DNA of 64,000 bases from Felis catus (Eukaryota): assembly GCF_018350175.1 (NCBI RefSeq), contig NC_058368.1, positions 147,004,001 to 147,068,000 on the forward strand, written 5' to 3'. Both the position numbers and the translations under genes were made by a program. How positions within the stretch are numbered: the first letter of the stretch is position 1; each line of letters begins with the position of its first letter. Positions 36,595-50,078 of the stretch are shown here, piece after piece. The notes under the pieces were generated by a model, which saw nothing but the letters and a program-made list of their open reading frames with translations, was not told the origin of the DNA and searched no databases.

Positions 36595-39458
36595 TACCCC
36601 AGAGTTTCAAAAGTTTTATTTTAAGTTTGAAGACTAGACAAGGTCATACTAATTTTACAACATCCTACATGATTTAAGTATATATACAAAGAAAAGAAAA
36701 CAACGTTGGAATATTACACAGCTTTAAGGTTTGCAAAAGTTATCTGTGTCTTAGTTACTTCTGTACTTACTGACACATGAGACGCCAGCAGTGAGTATTA
36801 TATTTCATAATTTGTTGACTAGCAAAGATACAATCAGTACCCTAAGTCTTCAAAGTTCACACCAATCCTTATGAAGCCATTCAGAAAGAGAAAGTCAACC
36901 CTGAAATTAGAATTAGTGCCTATGATAAGTGCTTTTGACAGGACATAGATAAAATGGAGATGTTTAAAATGTTATTTCCAGAGATTATAAAATTAGCATA
37001 TTATAGTTACTCCGTATAGTGAAGACAAGGTGATTCTTCTGGGCGTCCTGCTTATAAGATTTTCTTTAGTGTGAATTTAAATAGAATAAATTTGTTTCCC
37101 ACTGATGCCATTGATACAAATGACACAACAGCTACATGCTACTTTATAGTACTTGTTAACATGACTACACCTGGGAACCCCTTTGTGATCATAAATTTGG
37201 ACATCATGGGACCAATAGGTATCCAGTTGGCCGTGCCATGTTGCTGAAGATACCAGAGAGCATAGAGAAAATGCACAAGCAAGGGAAAGCCATTTCAATG
37301 TGTTTCTAAAAGGTAACAAGTATAATTTTAACAAACTCTCTTTGAAAATATTTGTTTAAAAAACTATCAATAAAATAAAATTCAAAACATCATGGGAGGC
37401 AATGAATAATTTTGAGAAAGTAATTGTTACAAGGCATTACTCAGAATTTCCATAATATACTCTGCTGAGAATGGAAAATCGATTATGCATAGTCTGCAAA
37501 GGAAAACGGTTAGAAATTTGGTGGGACAGTAAAGGCTTAAAGAAACAAAAGGCATTGGCTAGACAGTAAGTATGTGTATATTGTTGGGCCTATGTAATGA
37601 TTTGTAATATGATGGTGAAATATAGGGAATAGAAAAGATTTAAATTCCTAATTTTAAAATTGCCCGAAAAAGGTAATATTGAGGACCTAACAATTTTGTT
37701 TGTGAAAGATGCTGAAAAATGATTGCCATTTAATAAGCTTCAAATCAACAATTTCTTAAGAACCTGAAGTAGAAAGCCCGTGGGCATAGGATAAGTATGT
37801 GACCAGCCAGTCCGAATTTTGCTCTTATTAAAAATGCCATTATGATTGACTTTCCCTTTAAATTCTTCACTATGATTGAAGACCACTCCATATATACATC
37901 ATTAAGAAATGCTTTTAACACATGGACAGACAATACAGTAACAGTCTAGTGGCTTTTGTTATGCAGCACAAATAATAGAGGGGAGAAAAAAAAACTTCTC
38001 AGTGTTACACAGGACCTTAACATTTCGTACACATACCATACTTTCTTTTCCAGGACCCTTAATTTAAAACTCCAATAATTCCGTGTCTAAGCCTTATAAA
38101 ATAAATACTTGTAAATGTTATAAATTAGATGTTGAGGACTTTTATGGAGGCAGTGTGAGCTTTAATTTGAGAGACATGTCAATGAAACCTCCATTATCAA
38201 TAACAAATTGTTATGATAATTGCTTATTATTTCAGGACCTCCGAAGCAAAATAAATAGAAATCAATTTTCATCTTAAAATGATGGACTACTTGGTCATTA
38301 GTAAATACTTTTCTTTTCACAAATAACTACACAATGTGCTTTCCTGGGAAACCACTACCAGTTTCATTCAAGTCTCAATAAAATGTTAGTTTCACAGGAA
38401 ATGCAGAGGTGAACAAACAAATGAGGAGTATGCTTGGCCAAGCTATGCAGCACGATGCTAACATTTGTTTGCTAAAAAATTTCTAAAATAGAGAAAAAAA
38501 AATCATTATCCTAAAGTGGAGATAAGGGTATGTAAATAAGATGAAAACAAAGTTTAAAATTCCAGTTTAAAGGGACATCATATAATTCTGTTTTTGTTTA
38601 TACTGCAAAATGGTGGTGTTCGGCTTTTTGTAAAGGAAGGCATTTGGAAATACATAGTTATAGCTTCCTTCAAAAATAGAATTGCAGATTCAATATACTG
38701 ATATTAAATATGAGCAATCTACTGATACACAATCATGTTCCATATATATGTATACACACACAAACATGATCCTCCTTTTAGGCAAATACTAGGAGTAAAC
38801 TCAATTAGCAAAAAAAATATGGACTTATTCAGTCATTATATAATATAAAGATATATATGAATAGAACAAAAAGGAAAAAAGATCACATAATATTTGATTA
38901 GAAATACTGGAAGCAAAATGAGAAATATAATGTCAATTAGTACTGCCTGTTACAGATTCTTTAAAATTCTGTTCTAAGCACTGACAGTGTTTGGTAGGCA
39001 CAGGGAAACAATTATGATAATGAAGAGTCATTACAGAAGAAAAAAAACTTATTGCTAACATTGCGGTATTCCTTTTATAAGAATTAGTTGAGTATTGATT
39101 ATAAAAGTTCTATCAACTCTTGCTTCTACTTGATAACTATGAGATTTTTTTTACCCTTGCTATCAAAAGAGTGCTACTTTCTTTCCTTAATATATTTCAG
39201 CCATTGTGAATAATTCAAAAGACAACGACAAAAGTAATTCACAAGTTAATGTGATGTTGCTTAAGAAATTTAAACAATAAAAATCAAATTAAACCATTGA
39301 AAAGGTAAGCTTAGACCTCCTTAAAGACAGTGGCCTACCATAATTTAAGCACTTTTTCATGAAAAATACCATTCAGTTTCCTACAGATTTTGCACAGTTC
39401 ATTCCGTGGAGATACTTTTAGGGAGATAGAGAGGAGAGTTGTGGGATATGGAGTCTCC
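36595..39458 (-). other. EDIL3: EDIL3 3'UTR (~2.85 kb, inferred)
   Basis: Follows the TGA at 39461-39459, is AT-rich and has no recognisable transposon. The 3' end is inferred from the AATAAA at 36615-36620. Confidence 0.7.
36615..36620 (-). terminator. EDIL3: Probable EDIL3 polyadenylation signal (AATAAA)
   Basis: TTTATT on + gives AATAAA on -, with several TGTA (CFIm-type) motifs within ~100 nt upstream on the minus strand. It ends a repeat-free stretch following the stop codon. The cleavage site is not verified. Confidence 0.65.
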
Positions 39459-39608
39459 TCACTCCTCCTCTGTGCAGCCCAGCAGCTCCGACCGCAGTGT
39501 GATCCTTCCATACCAGGACCAAGGAAGGATTCTTATGTGCCGTGCATAGATGGGAGGGTCGATGACATTTTTCCTGTGCGTATCATTGTCAAAATTGCCC
39601 TGGAAAAC
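39459..39608 (-). CDS. EDIL3: EDIL3 (Del-1) terminal coding exon, C-terminus of the second discoidin/F5-8 type C domain
   Basis: Acceptor ttctttgctcttctttactag|GTT. Translation [49 protein letters not shown] matches the recognised EDIL3 C-terminus. Phase 0 is consistent with the upstream exon. Confidence 0.98.
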   Translation of the reverse strand, partial: VFQGNFDNDTHRKNVIDPPIYARHIRILPWSWYGRITLRSELLGCTEEE

Positions 39609-39813
39609 CTAGTAAAGAAGAGCAAAGAATATCAATCATGTAGCCTTCTTTTTCTTGGGAATTATTTTTATTATTTTCTTGTTTCGAGCTTTTTTCCCAA
39701 AAGTGAGATTTGAGAAGTAACCATGTTTTTCAAAATAAATTGTTGCAGCTTCTTTCTAATGATAATTTTTAAACCAAACTGTCAAGTAATGTTTGATGTA
39801 AAGACTTAAATAA

Positions 39814-39970
39814 GGGGTGCCTGGGTGGCTCAGTTGGTTAGGCATCTGACTCTTGATCTCAGCTCAGGTCTTGATCTCAGCGTCATGAGTTCAAGTCCCA
39901 TGTTGGGCTCCACACTGGGTGTGAAGCTTACCTAAAAACAATCAAATAAAAATAAATAAATAAAACAAAA
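39814..39970 (+). mobile_element. CanSINE (short type)
   Basis: GGGGTGCCTGGGTGGCTCAGTTGGTTAGGCATCTGACTCTTGATCTCAGCTCAGG…, then an A-rich tail. Confidence 0.92.
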
Positions 39971-40024
39971 CTGGGTGTCTAAGGCAGGAATATGTATATC
40001 TACCATTTTCCTTTGCCTATCAGG

Positions 40025-40372
40025 TTTTTAAAAATGCAACAGATATTTATTTTTTGCTTATGTCACAGGCTGATGTTGATTAGGCAGCTTGCTGAGGGTG
40101 CTCTCTTCCAAGGAGTGACTCAGAGATCTAGGCTGCTCTGATCTAGGCTAGCCATCATCTGAAACATGGGTCTCCACATTGACAAATGATATGGTGAGAG
40201 AGAGTTGTTAGCCTGTGCAGGATGTTTTAAAGAACACAGTAAGGAAGCAGCTTACATCATTTTTGGATACATATCATTGACCTTAACTAATTATATGACC
40301 CCAGCCCAGCCGTAAAGGAAGCTGGAAAATGGAGAGGAGAGCATGGATATTTGGTGAGCACAGTACTATCAC
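40025..40372 (-). mobile_element. Old MaLR LTR relic (MLT1J/K-like)
   Basis: GTGACTCAGAGATCTAGGCTG…GCCATCATCTGAAACATGG…AAAGGAAGCTGGAAAATGGAGAGGAG…TATTTGGTGAGCA. Confidence 0.55.
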
Positions 40373-43300
40373 AATGTCTTTTGCTCACTTTTCACATAGA
40401 CAACAAATTCCCCAAGAGATAACACAATCAATGCTGTTTTGTACTCCCCCCACCTTTCTTTTTTTGGCTTCTCTCTCTATTAATTTCTGGATCCATACAA
40501 TACTGTTGTGATCATTGTGACTTATAATGTTCTGACACGTTGGCACTGCATTATTCTCTATCTTCCTTCTTTTGTTGCAAAGCTTTTTTATTTTCTTAAT
40601 GCATTTTATGTCCATTTTTCTCCCAAGAGACCTTTATAATAACTTTGAAAAGTGCTTGTTTCAGAAAAAACAAAATCAAACTACTGGGATCCTGATAGAA
40701 ATGGTATTAAATTACACATGACTTTGGGAGAAATTCATGCATTCATAATATTTAGTCTTACTTGAAGATTTCATCATTTTTTAACCTAGAGATTCTGAAC
40801 ACTTATTATTGAAGGAATTTCTAATGATTTTATATTCACATTTTTATTTCAGCTCAACTAGGATAGTGAATATCTCTTCAGAGTTTCCTCTTTTAACTTT
40901 ATGAGGCATCTTATAATTGGAAGATAATTTTCTTTCTTGCTTGAGATCAAAACATGACTATATCGCTAAAGGGAGACCTGAAAAGAAAATTCCCCAAAGG
41001 AAGAAGAAAAGAAAAGAAAAAAAAAAGAAACGCCATCACTACATGACAGAATATTTAACCTGTATCTTTGAACATTCTAAAATTAAAGGGAATGTTTTCA
41101 AAACCGTCTTCTAGAATAAGTTGGTTCAGTCTCACATGATCATAAAAGGTCCCCCGGAAATAGAAAAATAAAGATATGCTCTTTAAGGCATTAGACAGCA
41201 TGGCACTGATTAATAGAAGCAAGAGACAAAATGGGGTAATCTTTCTGTTGGTCCCATGGAAAGATTACGTGTCGTTGAGGGCAAATGCAAAGTGCCATCC
41301 CCATCTGGTGGGGAATAATCTTTCAACATGACACAAAATATATCTCAAAGGCTATTTTTGAATAAATACTTGCTGAAGAAGAGAATACCGAACTGTGCCA
41401 AATCTAGAATTCATCATCCTGGCATATCTGAATCCATTTTCATTTAATAGGCATTTTATCCTCAGCAATGCTCTGGCTTTGAATTGACCAAGCAGGAACT
41501 AATTCTGGATTTAAATGTGTTACTAAGTAACAGTGTCTCTGTTAGCAGAAGCTCACATGGATAGGGCATACCACACAAACACTCACCAGAAATCCATAGA
41601 GAGGTTGTCATTGCAAAAGCAGAAAATATGAGAGTATATTGTACGCATCCCTGACATTCTCTCTGACATATGATGTTGGATTCAAATGCTTCACTGAGAT
41701 TGTCGTGTTACAATTTAATACAGAATCTCAAATCCAATTTCATAGCCCTGCTGGAGAACTTAATGTATATCTTCAGAATAATAGAACTTAAATTCATTAA
41801 CTTTCATCAAAAGATCTATAACCGTCCAAAACATAGTGTCATACCACTTCTTAAGAAAGATATACAGTAAGAAACAATTTGCTTTTAAGTCACTGGTCCT
41901 CAGCACAAGTTTCAATAAGAAACTATCAATCCAGAAAGGAATAGTTGACATATTAGTTAGACTTATCTTTTTATAATGGAAAATATATTTAAAGAAACTA
42001 CATCAGCTCTGAAACTGCATACAACTGTGACATTTCTGATTCAATGTGTGAAAGTCATAAATATTTGAATGCTCATTAAAAAGATTAAATGAAGTTTCAT
42101 AAAATAGTATCATTAAAAAACAAAAATTTTCACAGAAAAACAGCCACAGTCTACATTGGAATCACCCAAACTATGAGCTAAAGGTAGTGAAAATATACTT
42201 TTAATACTGGAGGTCTCTCAGTAATGATATAGTAGAGAACACTAAGCACATACTTGCGATTTCTAACATGACATCTTGTACTTGCTGTGCAAACATGTGG
42301 CTCATGTACTGTTTCCTTGTCTCCAGCGCTAGGAAGATCTTGCTTAAGAATTGCAGTTTCAAAGTTTTACCCAGCAAAGGAATGCAAACTCAGTATTTTT
42401 AGTTAACTTTTAAAAATGTGTAAAAATTCTAGCAATGCACTTTCATATACACACTTTAGACATATAAGCACCTCGATTGAAATCAAAGTCTGAAAAGACT
42501 GATGGAAAACATTGAATGAATCTCCACTGAGAAGGGGAATATTGTACACAAGAAAGATAGTTTGAGAAGTTTTTAGGAAAGAGTCTGCACATGCTTCAGT
42601 TTCAGGAGGAGGCTCAGCTAATAATTAGCTGATGACAAATTTGTTGATGCACTAAGACATGATAATGCTTAGGGATCTCAGGATTTTCCCAACACATGGG
42701 GCCTCAAGGAAAAGGTACTGAAAGTACTTTGGAGAGGCTTCCACAGTTACAACCTAGAGGATAAGGGAGAAAACTACAACTGCCTCCATGTGGCGGAGAT
42801 GTTGGATTCTGCTTTCCAATGTCAACTCTCCTGTGATACTAGTTAAAATTCAAATCAGATTCTAATGAAAATTCAAATCTCAACACAGAGAGACTGTCAG
42901 ATAAAACAATTAAATGTTGCTTCTAGCAACGTTTTAATAATTTTTTTCTCAAATGAGACTTGTCATTCTTCGTTAGGGACAATGGTCTATTCAGGCCAGA
43001 GTAGACGTCATCAGTGGAGACTGCCAAGAAGGCAGGATTATCCTTCATGACACAGTCGGAGAGCTGGGTCATATCTCCGCTTTTCTTAGCAGCCATGTAC
43101 TATATACCTGCCTTTCACAAATGTTGAGGAATTCTGGGGATTTCTTGCACATACTACTTACTTAGAATGCCATCTGGTCTGTGAAGATATACTTCTTGTT
43201 ATTTGTTGTAAACAAATGCATTAAAAGTTTTAAAGAGACTCTCACTGGTCTAACCTTTTGGGATCTAACCAGCAGTTTTAAGCAGTTTTAGGTAGCCTCC

Positions 43301-43621
43301 CTGAGCTCTTCAGGGCTAAAGAGTCTGTATTTTAGCAAGGTCTTGGGTAACCATCAGTTCATCCCTATGGCGTTTTGGTCACCCCTTTCTAGATTGCATT
43401 ATCTCTCTTTTGATATGTGGAGACTAGAACGATATCTGGAATTCCAAATATTGTGGAAATATAAGGGTTGAATAAGCTTTCTTGAGTTTTCTCTACTGTT
43501 TGTATTTGCTTTGGTAATGGTGTCAGACATGCCATTGGCTTCATTGGCTATGTCTATACACCAATCTGATATCCTTAAAGGATAAAAGCTCAAGATAAAG
43601 ATCCATTACCCTAAAGCAGCA

Positions 43622-43653
<32 letters not shown>

Positions 43654-43660
43654 TGTGTGT
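43622..43660. repeat. (TG)n microsatellite
   Basis: Direct reading of the sequence. Confidence 0.96.
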
Positions 43661-44762
43661 TCGGGGCAGGGAAAGGGATGGAAAGTGAAAAAAATCTTAT
43701 TTGGCATATATAATTTCAATTATTTATTCTTTCATCTAGAGTACTTATAACAAAGTTAGAAAAGAACAGTCTTTTCAAGCTCTGATCCCTGAGAAACCCT
43801 GTTTTTAACTCTACCCATACAATGGAAGAACCCAAGACTTGGAAAAGAAGGCATAGATCTGCCAGCACCAATTTTTTTCTAACATTTCTGACATGGAACT
43901 TTCAGCCATGGCAACCTATTCATCAATATAATAGGGTAGGTATGCTTTTAGACACTTTGGAAGTCTGTCTTTTTATGGGTTGACATATGCCTCCTTCAAA
44001 TTTTGATCTATGATCCTAGTGATTTATGCTCAAAAAGCATTGAAGATATCTAACTACCAAAAGAAAAACACTAATAATAACTAATATAAACCTATCAAAA
44101 ACTCAAAAATAGTGCTTGAGGCTAAACAGTCATGGTTGCTTAAAAAATTCCTCATTTAAGTTGATCTTCAAACTTATCATCTTGACTGCATTCCATTAGA
44201 TACCCTCTGGTTTAACTATGACTCAGTTAAAGTGTGGATTTATCCAGACATAGTATGTAGTTATGACTTGAATGGCTCAAAATATAGAGGATACTTACCT
44301 TTGTTACAGATACAATGCTTCTATCAATGCAATAAAATTATTTAAAACTAGTAGATTCACTTTGGTCATGATTGATGACTGATGGTCAAATAAACTATGA
44401 ACTTTGTCATAGAATTTCTCTTAAGCCAGGATTTTCCCAATGTTTTACTTGTAAAATAGATTTATAGTGGATATAGAAATTTATATTTATTCCAATTTCA
44501 TTTCATTTTATTGAATCGTGACATTTTAAAAATAGCAATTCCTTAGTTAAAATAATGATCTATATAAAAATAGTAGAAATTTAATAGACATTGGAATTAA
44601 GTATCTATTTCATAAAGTAACCATTTATGTGTAATTTGAGTATAAAATCTGGCATTTTGAGTGACATAAAGGACTTATACTTATTAGTTTATGGTTCAGC
44701 ATCATAAAAATTGTTTTTATATAATTATTATTATATAATATATTATTCTATAAAATTACTGA

Positions 44763-44980
44763 GGGGCGCCTGCATGGCTCAGTCAGTTAACTGTCCATCT
44801 TCAGCTCAGGTCACGATCTCGTAGTTTGTGAGTTTGAGCCCTGCATCGGGTTCTGTGCTGACAGCTCAGAGCCTGAGGCCTGCTTCGGATTCCGTGTCTC
44901 CCTCTCTCTCCCTCCCCCACTCATACTCTGTCACTCTTTTCCTCAAAAGTAAATAAAATATTAAAAAAATTGAATAAAAA
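44763..44980 (+). mobile_element. CanSINE (SINEC_Fc-type)
   Basis: GGGGCGCCTGCATGGCTCAGTCAGTTAA… body, with TSD TAAAATTACTGA / TAACATTACTTGA (imperfect). Confidence 0.93.
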
Positions 44981-46085
44981 TAACATTACTTGAATTTCTT
45001 TGGACTGTCAAAAATTTCAGGTATAACTTGAATGAATGCTTTAATGGTTTAAAGTCTAATGAAGATTTTCACAGAATTAGTATGCACAAATGAAAGTAAA
45101 CATATTTATTCATTCAGATAGTGTTTATAAGAAAGACCAGTTGCTTCTCATTCTATAACTATATTATTAATATGTCTTAGTAAAATTTGCAACTTTTGTT
45201 CTACTTTGCCCTATATTAAAGCATTCTAAAAACCAAAACTTTTCATTAAAAAATAAAATAAAATGTGAGGCTTGTGTCAAAATGTATAGAAAACTATGTC
45301 TTAAAAAGTTTCAGTTAGTGGTATGAATGTACATCACATTAAAAAAAATCTTATTGGAAGTTTCACATGTATGAAACTTCTGTTAGTGATTGGATATAAA
45401 AAGTCTGAAACCAAAGTTTGATTATTTTAGCCTACATAGACTCTAGCTACTATTCAGTGAATTCAATTTTCTAGGAAAATTTATCAGCATCCTGAAACCA
45501 TTTCATGATTGAATGGCTGGTATATCATTCTTGATGGTTTCTCTCCAATCAATTCCACTAAACCAATGAAACTCTGTAACAAAATTAGTCTAAATATAAG
45601 TACATTCTTTCATATGTAAAACGGAAACAAGAAATCAGTTTCCAGGTAAATTCCAACATTCTAGGAAATGTTCCTTGAAAAACAGTGCATACTGAGAATC
45701 ACATTCTAAGAGGTGCACACACACATAAAGAAAAGGTTTTGTCAGAGAGAGTAGATTGTGTTAATAACCATCTACACTGATCATGAGTCTGCAAAAGAAT
45801 GAGTTGGGGGATGAGCCCTCACTATAAGACTTCACAACAATGCTGCAGCAAAAATCCTCACTGGTAGAGAGGAACAGAGAGCTACCTCAGTGTCTTCCAA
45901 CTCTAAGCATCCTGCCCTTCAAAAGTGCAGATGGAGTAAGGCCATAACCATCCAAAACAATTTATCAGCAGGAGAACATATCTGTACAATTCAGGGTGTG
46001 TCCAGTCTAGTATAGTCACAATGTTTGCAGACGTAGGTCATTCCAGTGAAGAGAATACAAAACATACAACTTTGTGCAATATGAG

Positions 46086-46920
46086 TGTGCAGTAAAATAT
46101 TAATCTTACCCCAAAAAGAGGTCTGATCTTTGCTTTCAGCTCCTGTGAGCTGAAAGCCTTGGAAGATCCTGCGGGAGAAGACTGTCTTTGTTTACATGGG
46201 CTGGGCCAGATAATGTATGCTAACAAAGTGATTTATGGTGGGGGCTTTGGACCAGCTTGACCACCTAAGGGGCTGGAAACTAAAGTCAGCCTTGCGGGCA
46301 GTAAACCATGTTTACATAACTGAGCTTCGATAAAAACTCTGAACATCAAGGCTGAAGTAAGCTTTCCTGGTTGGTAATACCTAGTGTATATTGTATGTCA
46401 CATATCATTGCTGAGAGAGGTTTAGCACTGTTCAAGACTCTGAGAGAAAACAATGGAAAGCTAATGCCTAGAACTCTTCTGGATTCTGCCCCATATTCCT
46501 GTTCTCTTGGCTGATTTTTTTTTAAAGTTTATATATTTATTCTGAGAGAGAGACTGAGACAGCATGAGCAAGGGAAGGGCAGAGAGAGAGAGAGAGAAGA
46601 GAGAGAATCCCAAGCAGGCTTCTGCACTGAGAGCACAGAGTCCTATGCAGGGCTCGAACTCATGAAACCATGAGGTCATGACTTGAGCGAAAACCAAAAA
46701 TCAGACACTTAACCAACGGAGCCACCCAGCAGCCCCTCTCTTGGCTGATTTTTATCTGAATCTTTTCACTGTTATAAACGGTAACTGTAGGTATAATAAT
46801 TTTAAATGAGTTCTGTGAGTCGTGAATTGTCATACCTAAGGTGGTCTTGGTGACCTTTGAACACTGTTGATGTGAGAAATGAATGTGGATTTAGGAACTC
46901 CCAAACTCGGCAATGAGTAA
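46086..46920 (+). mobile_element. MER77/MER21-group LTR interrupted by a CanSINE
   Basis: Starts TGTGCAGTAAAATATTAATCTTACCCCAAAAAGAGGTCTG and contains GATAAAAACTCTGAACATCAAGGCT…GCTTTCCTGGTTGG and GAGTTCTGTGAGTC…GGTGGTCTTGG. The right end is approximate. Confidence 0.7.
46516..46736 (-). mobile_element. CanSINE inserted in the LTR
   Basis: Antisense SINE body flanked by the TSD-like CTCTTGGCTGATTTTT on both sides. Confidence 0.93.
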
Positions 46921-49069
46921 TTGATGTTGTAAGGTTATAGGTTTCATGGAGGACTTTTTGATACTTGTAACGATTAGTCTGAAAAGGGACCCCAAATACC
47001 TCAAAGAATTGTGCCCCAAACTTCCTCAACCTTATGTGCCAGGCCTCAGGCTTCAAATTAATTGTGAACATATTCTTTTATGATTCTTTGAATAAATCCT
47101 AAATTTCCTCCTGAAATTTATTTATCGTGGCCCTTGAGAACACTTTCTAAATCTTTTATTCTTAGGTTCTACTCGCTCTATTTTACTTGCTCCTTTTATT
47201 TTTATTTTCTGGATGATATTTATTTTCATGAACAGAACCCTAGCAAATCCATCAAACAGCTAGTGTGGCTTGCTTGTTCTGTTTCATATTTCAGTAACAA
47301 AACAACTCACCATCTTTATTCTTTCGTATTTCTTTAAAATCATTTCTGCAAAAGCTTACACATTCCATGGGGAATATTACTTTGGCCATCTACTAGGGAT
47401 TAATTTGAAATCCCAGGGAAACTGCCAGGTTTTCTGAAAGCTGTAGAATATAGTGACATATATAAATCATTCTGCACTGTATTTCATATTGGATACCAAT
47501 TTTTATCTGTGTTCCTTTCAGCATGGTATTTTGTTCCACAAGCCCTTTAAAAAACCTGGACCCTGGTTCCTTCAGAGATTTCTTTCCTTCCCAAGCTCCC
47601 TCAGTGAAATTAGATGAGGCTTTCAAACTGCCTACCCAAAGACTTAACTTCAAAGGTCCAATTATAGGACATTTTTGTTTGATGGGGGAAGTAAAAAGAA
47701 AAACATGGGGACAAGTTCCATGTCTTTCTTACACTAGTGCATGGGTCATTTTAAACCATTAAAATGAATATATGGATTCTCTGAGAAAATGCATTCCACT
47801 CCCATTGCTGCCCTCAGGAGATTTCTTGTGGCTCTGAAGTTTGCTCTCTTTTGTAATTATGTAAAAAAGGAGGTCTTTGGCTTCAGGAAATACTGCATTT
47901 CACTGAACTGATCTGGCATTGCTTCATGTTCCTAGTATATATAAATCTCTGATTATATCTCAAGAAATCTTTACTAACCCACATATCTGATATTCACTTA
48001 AGAGTTCTTGCAGTATTATTGTGCACTGTATTGTTCTTCCTGTTACACATTTTTTCTCCCCAAAATGCACTCATGGGAGATTCTAATAATAATTGGCCAC
48101 AACAATGCAAATATGTTACCTCTTTCTTTCTACTCTGACAATAAAGGGACTTTTCTTTTATTGCTTTTCAAACTGTCACACACTCTCATTTTCCTGTAAT
48201 TAATACGAAAGCTGGTTGGCTGATATTTAATTCTTGACTGGGAAAGAGGGCTGTGATATCTTTCTAAAATCCCTTCCTCCTTAGGTACTCTGGCGGCTGG
48301 GAGCATTGGGAAAGAAGAGGAAATATCACATCTTTGGGAATATTTTTGAAAACTTTTAACTTCTGGCCTCTCATGGAAAGGCTCACCTGACCCATAGAGG
48401 TCTGAGATGGAGGGATGTAACTCTCCACAGTAACATCACCCTCTCTGTTACTGGCAAGCTGGCATAGGTTATACCTGTGACTCCCTAGTCCACTGCGAGA
48501 GTGACAAGTTGAGCTAAGGAATTGCTGAGATTCAACACAGCCAGATTCTCACAGCTGAGATTCAACACAGGGAAAAGGCCTGGGGACAGGGTAGCCACCT
48601 CCATTCCATCTGTGATTTTCTTGCAGATCCTTAACTCCAAGTGTCTGGGGAGCGGGCCGCTTCTTACAAAGCGCCAGAAGGGCCTCACTGAGAAATTCAT
48701 AATATTTCTGTTAAGTCTTGACCCTGGAAAAAAACTCAGAAAAATCAAAGCTAAAGTTTCTAATTCTGTTGACTGTTACCTTTCTTCTCCCATAGTTGCT
48801 GGCATTTAGAATGCTCACTCTAAAAGTCACTCAATAGGTAGGACACACAACCATATTTAACTTCTTTTATGATGAGAGTCTCCTTAGGAAACAAGAATAC
48901 CCTAGGAAATATATCATATAGGATGATTGCCTATAAAGATTTATGAAACATAAAATATGCCATTCTAAACTGTGGCTATATACTTAAACTATCTGATTTC
49001 CAGCACTCAGATTTTGACTGCTGTAAGAAATAGTCCTACAGAAGAAACAGAACTGGAAAATCATGTGCT

Positions 49070-49286
49070 TTTTTTAAAGTTTATTTTTATTTATTTTAAG
49101 AGATAGAGAGAGAGAGAGAGTAAGCAGGGGAGGGGCATGGAGAGGGAGGGAGACAGAATCCCACGCAGACTCCACACTGTCAGTGCAGAGCCCCATGTGA
49201 GGCTTGAACTCACAAACCATGAGATGATGACTTGAGCCAAAATCAAGAGTCAGACCCTTAACCAACTGAGCCACCCAGGTGCCCCG
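49070..49286 (-). mobile_element. CanSINE
   Basis: Antisense body ending TGAGCCACCCAGGTGCCCC, with TSD ATCATGTGCTTT / ATCATCTGCTTT. Confidence 0.94.
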
Positions 49287-49959
49287 ATCATCTGCTTTAA
49301 AAGATATCTACAGGAGATATTACCAGGAGTAGTAGGAGAGTAAGACCATCTTATTTTTTTTTTCTTTTTTAGTCTAACATCAGAAATGTAGAAATGCCTT
49401 TTCTTTTTTCTATAAAAGTACAAAACAGTCTGCCTCTCTAATAAAGCTCAATGCTCATCTCAAAATTTCCTAAGTCACACAGGGCATTTTGCATTGTATC
49501 AGAACAATCTGTAGTCTGACTCTATCCCTTCATAGTAGAAATTTCCATGATGTGGCAGTAGAGAAATTGGTGTCTGATAATTCCTACCCCACCTTAGGAA
49601 CCTTTTCCTCACTCCACATCTCCTTGAAGAGTTTCATCCTATTTTGGTCAGAAATGACTTCATACACAACTATATATATGAACGCAGTAGTGATTTCAGC
49701 ATCCAGCCATGTGTCTTCTAAGCCAGACTGCTAAGGAGGAAAGAGTGTCAGGGAGTTGGAGAAAATAATTCTGGAGATGGACAAAGAGGTGGCAAAGTGA
49801 AAGCTCAAAGATGAAGCAGGTTGTGAGGGTGTGTGCATGCGTTTGCTGTGCTTGACTAGGCATGGAAGAAAGGCATCCCCGCTTTATTCTGTCTTCCTTA
49901 TGTGTGTTCTCAGAAGAACATCTGGTCTACCTGGAAAATCTGGGAGATCTTTAATGGAG

Positions 49960-50078
49960 ACAGGATTGCAGATATAAATTTGGGATATACTTATACTAAA
50001 AGAATTATTCATTGCTGATCTGAAATTCAAATTTAACAGGGTATGTTGCATTTGTGTTTGGTAAATCTAGCAACTCTA
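49960..50078. mobile_element. MER53-like hAT fragment
   Basis: TGGGATATACTTATACTAAAAGAATTATTC…TCTGAAATTCAAATTTAAC…TAAATCTAGCAACTCT corresponds to one arm of MER53. Confidence 0.7.

Noticed and set aside
39390..39713. 107-aa plus-strand ORF
   Set aside because: It is the antisense shadow of the EDIL3 terminal exon, with a TTG start and no independent support.
41296..41315. CTCF-like site (CCACCAGATGGGGA on minus) and a similar one at ~48670
   Set aside because: Both mismatch key core positions of the CTCF consensus and cannot be supported without ChIP data.
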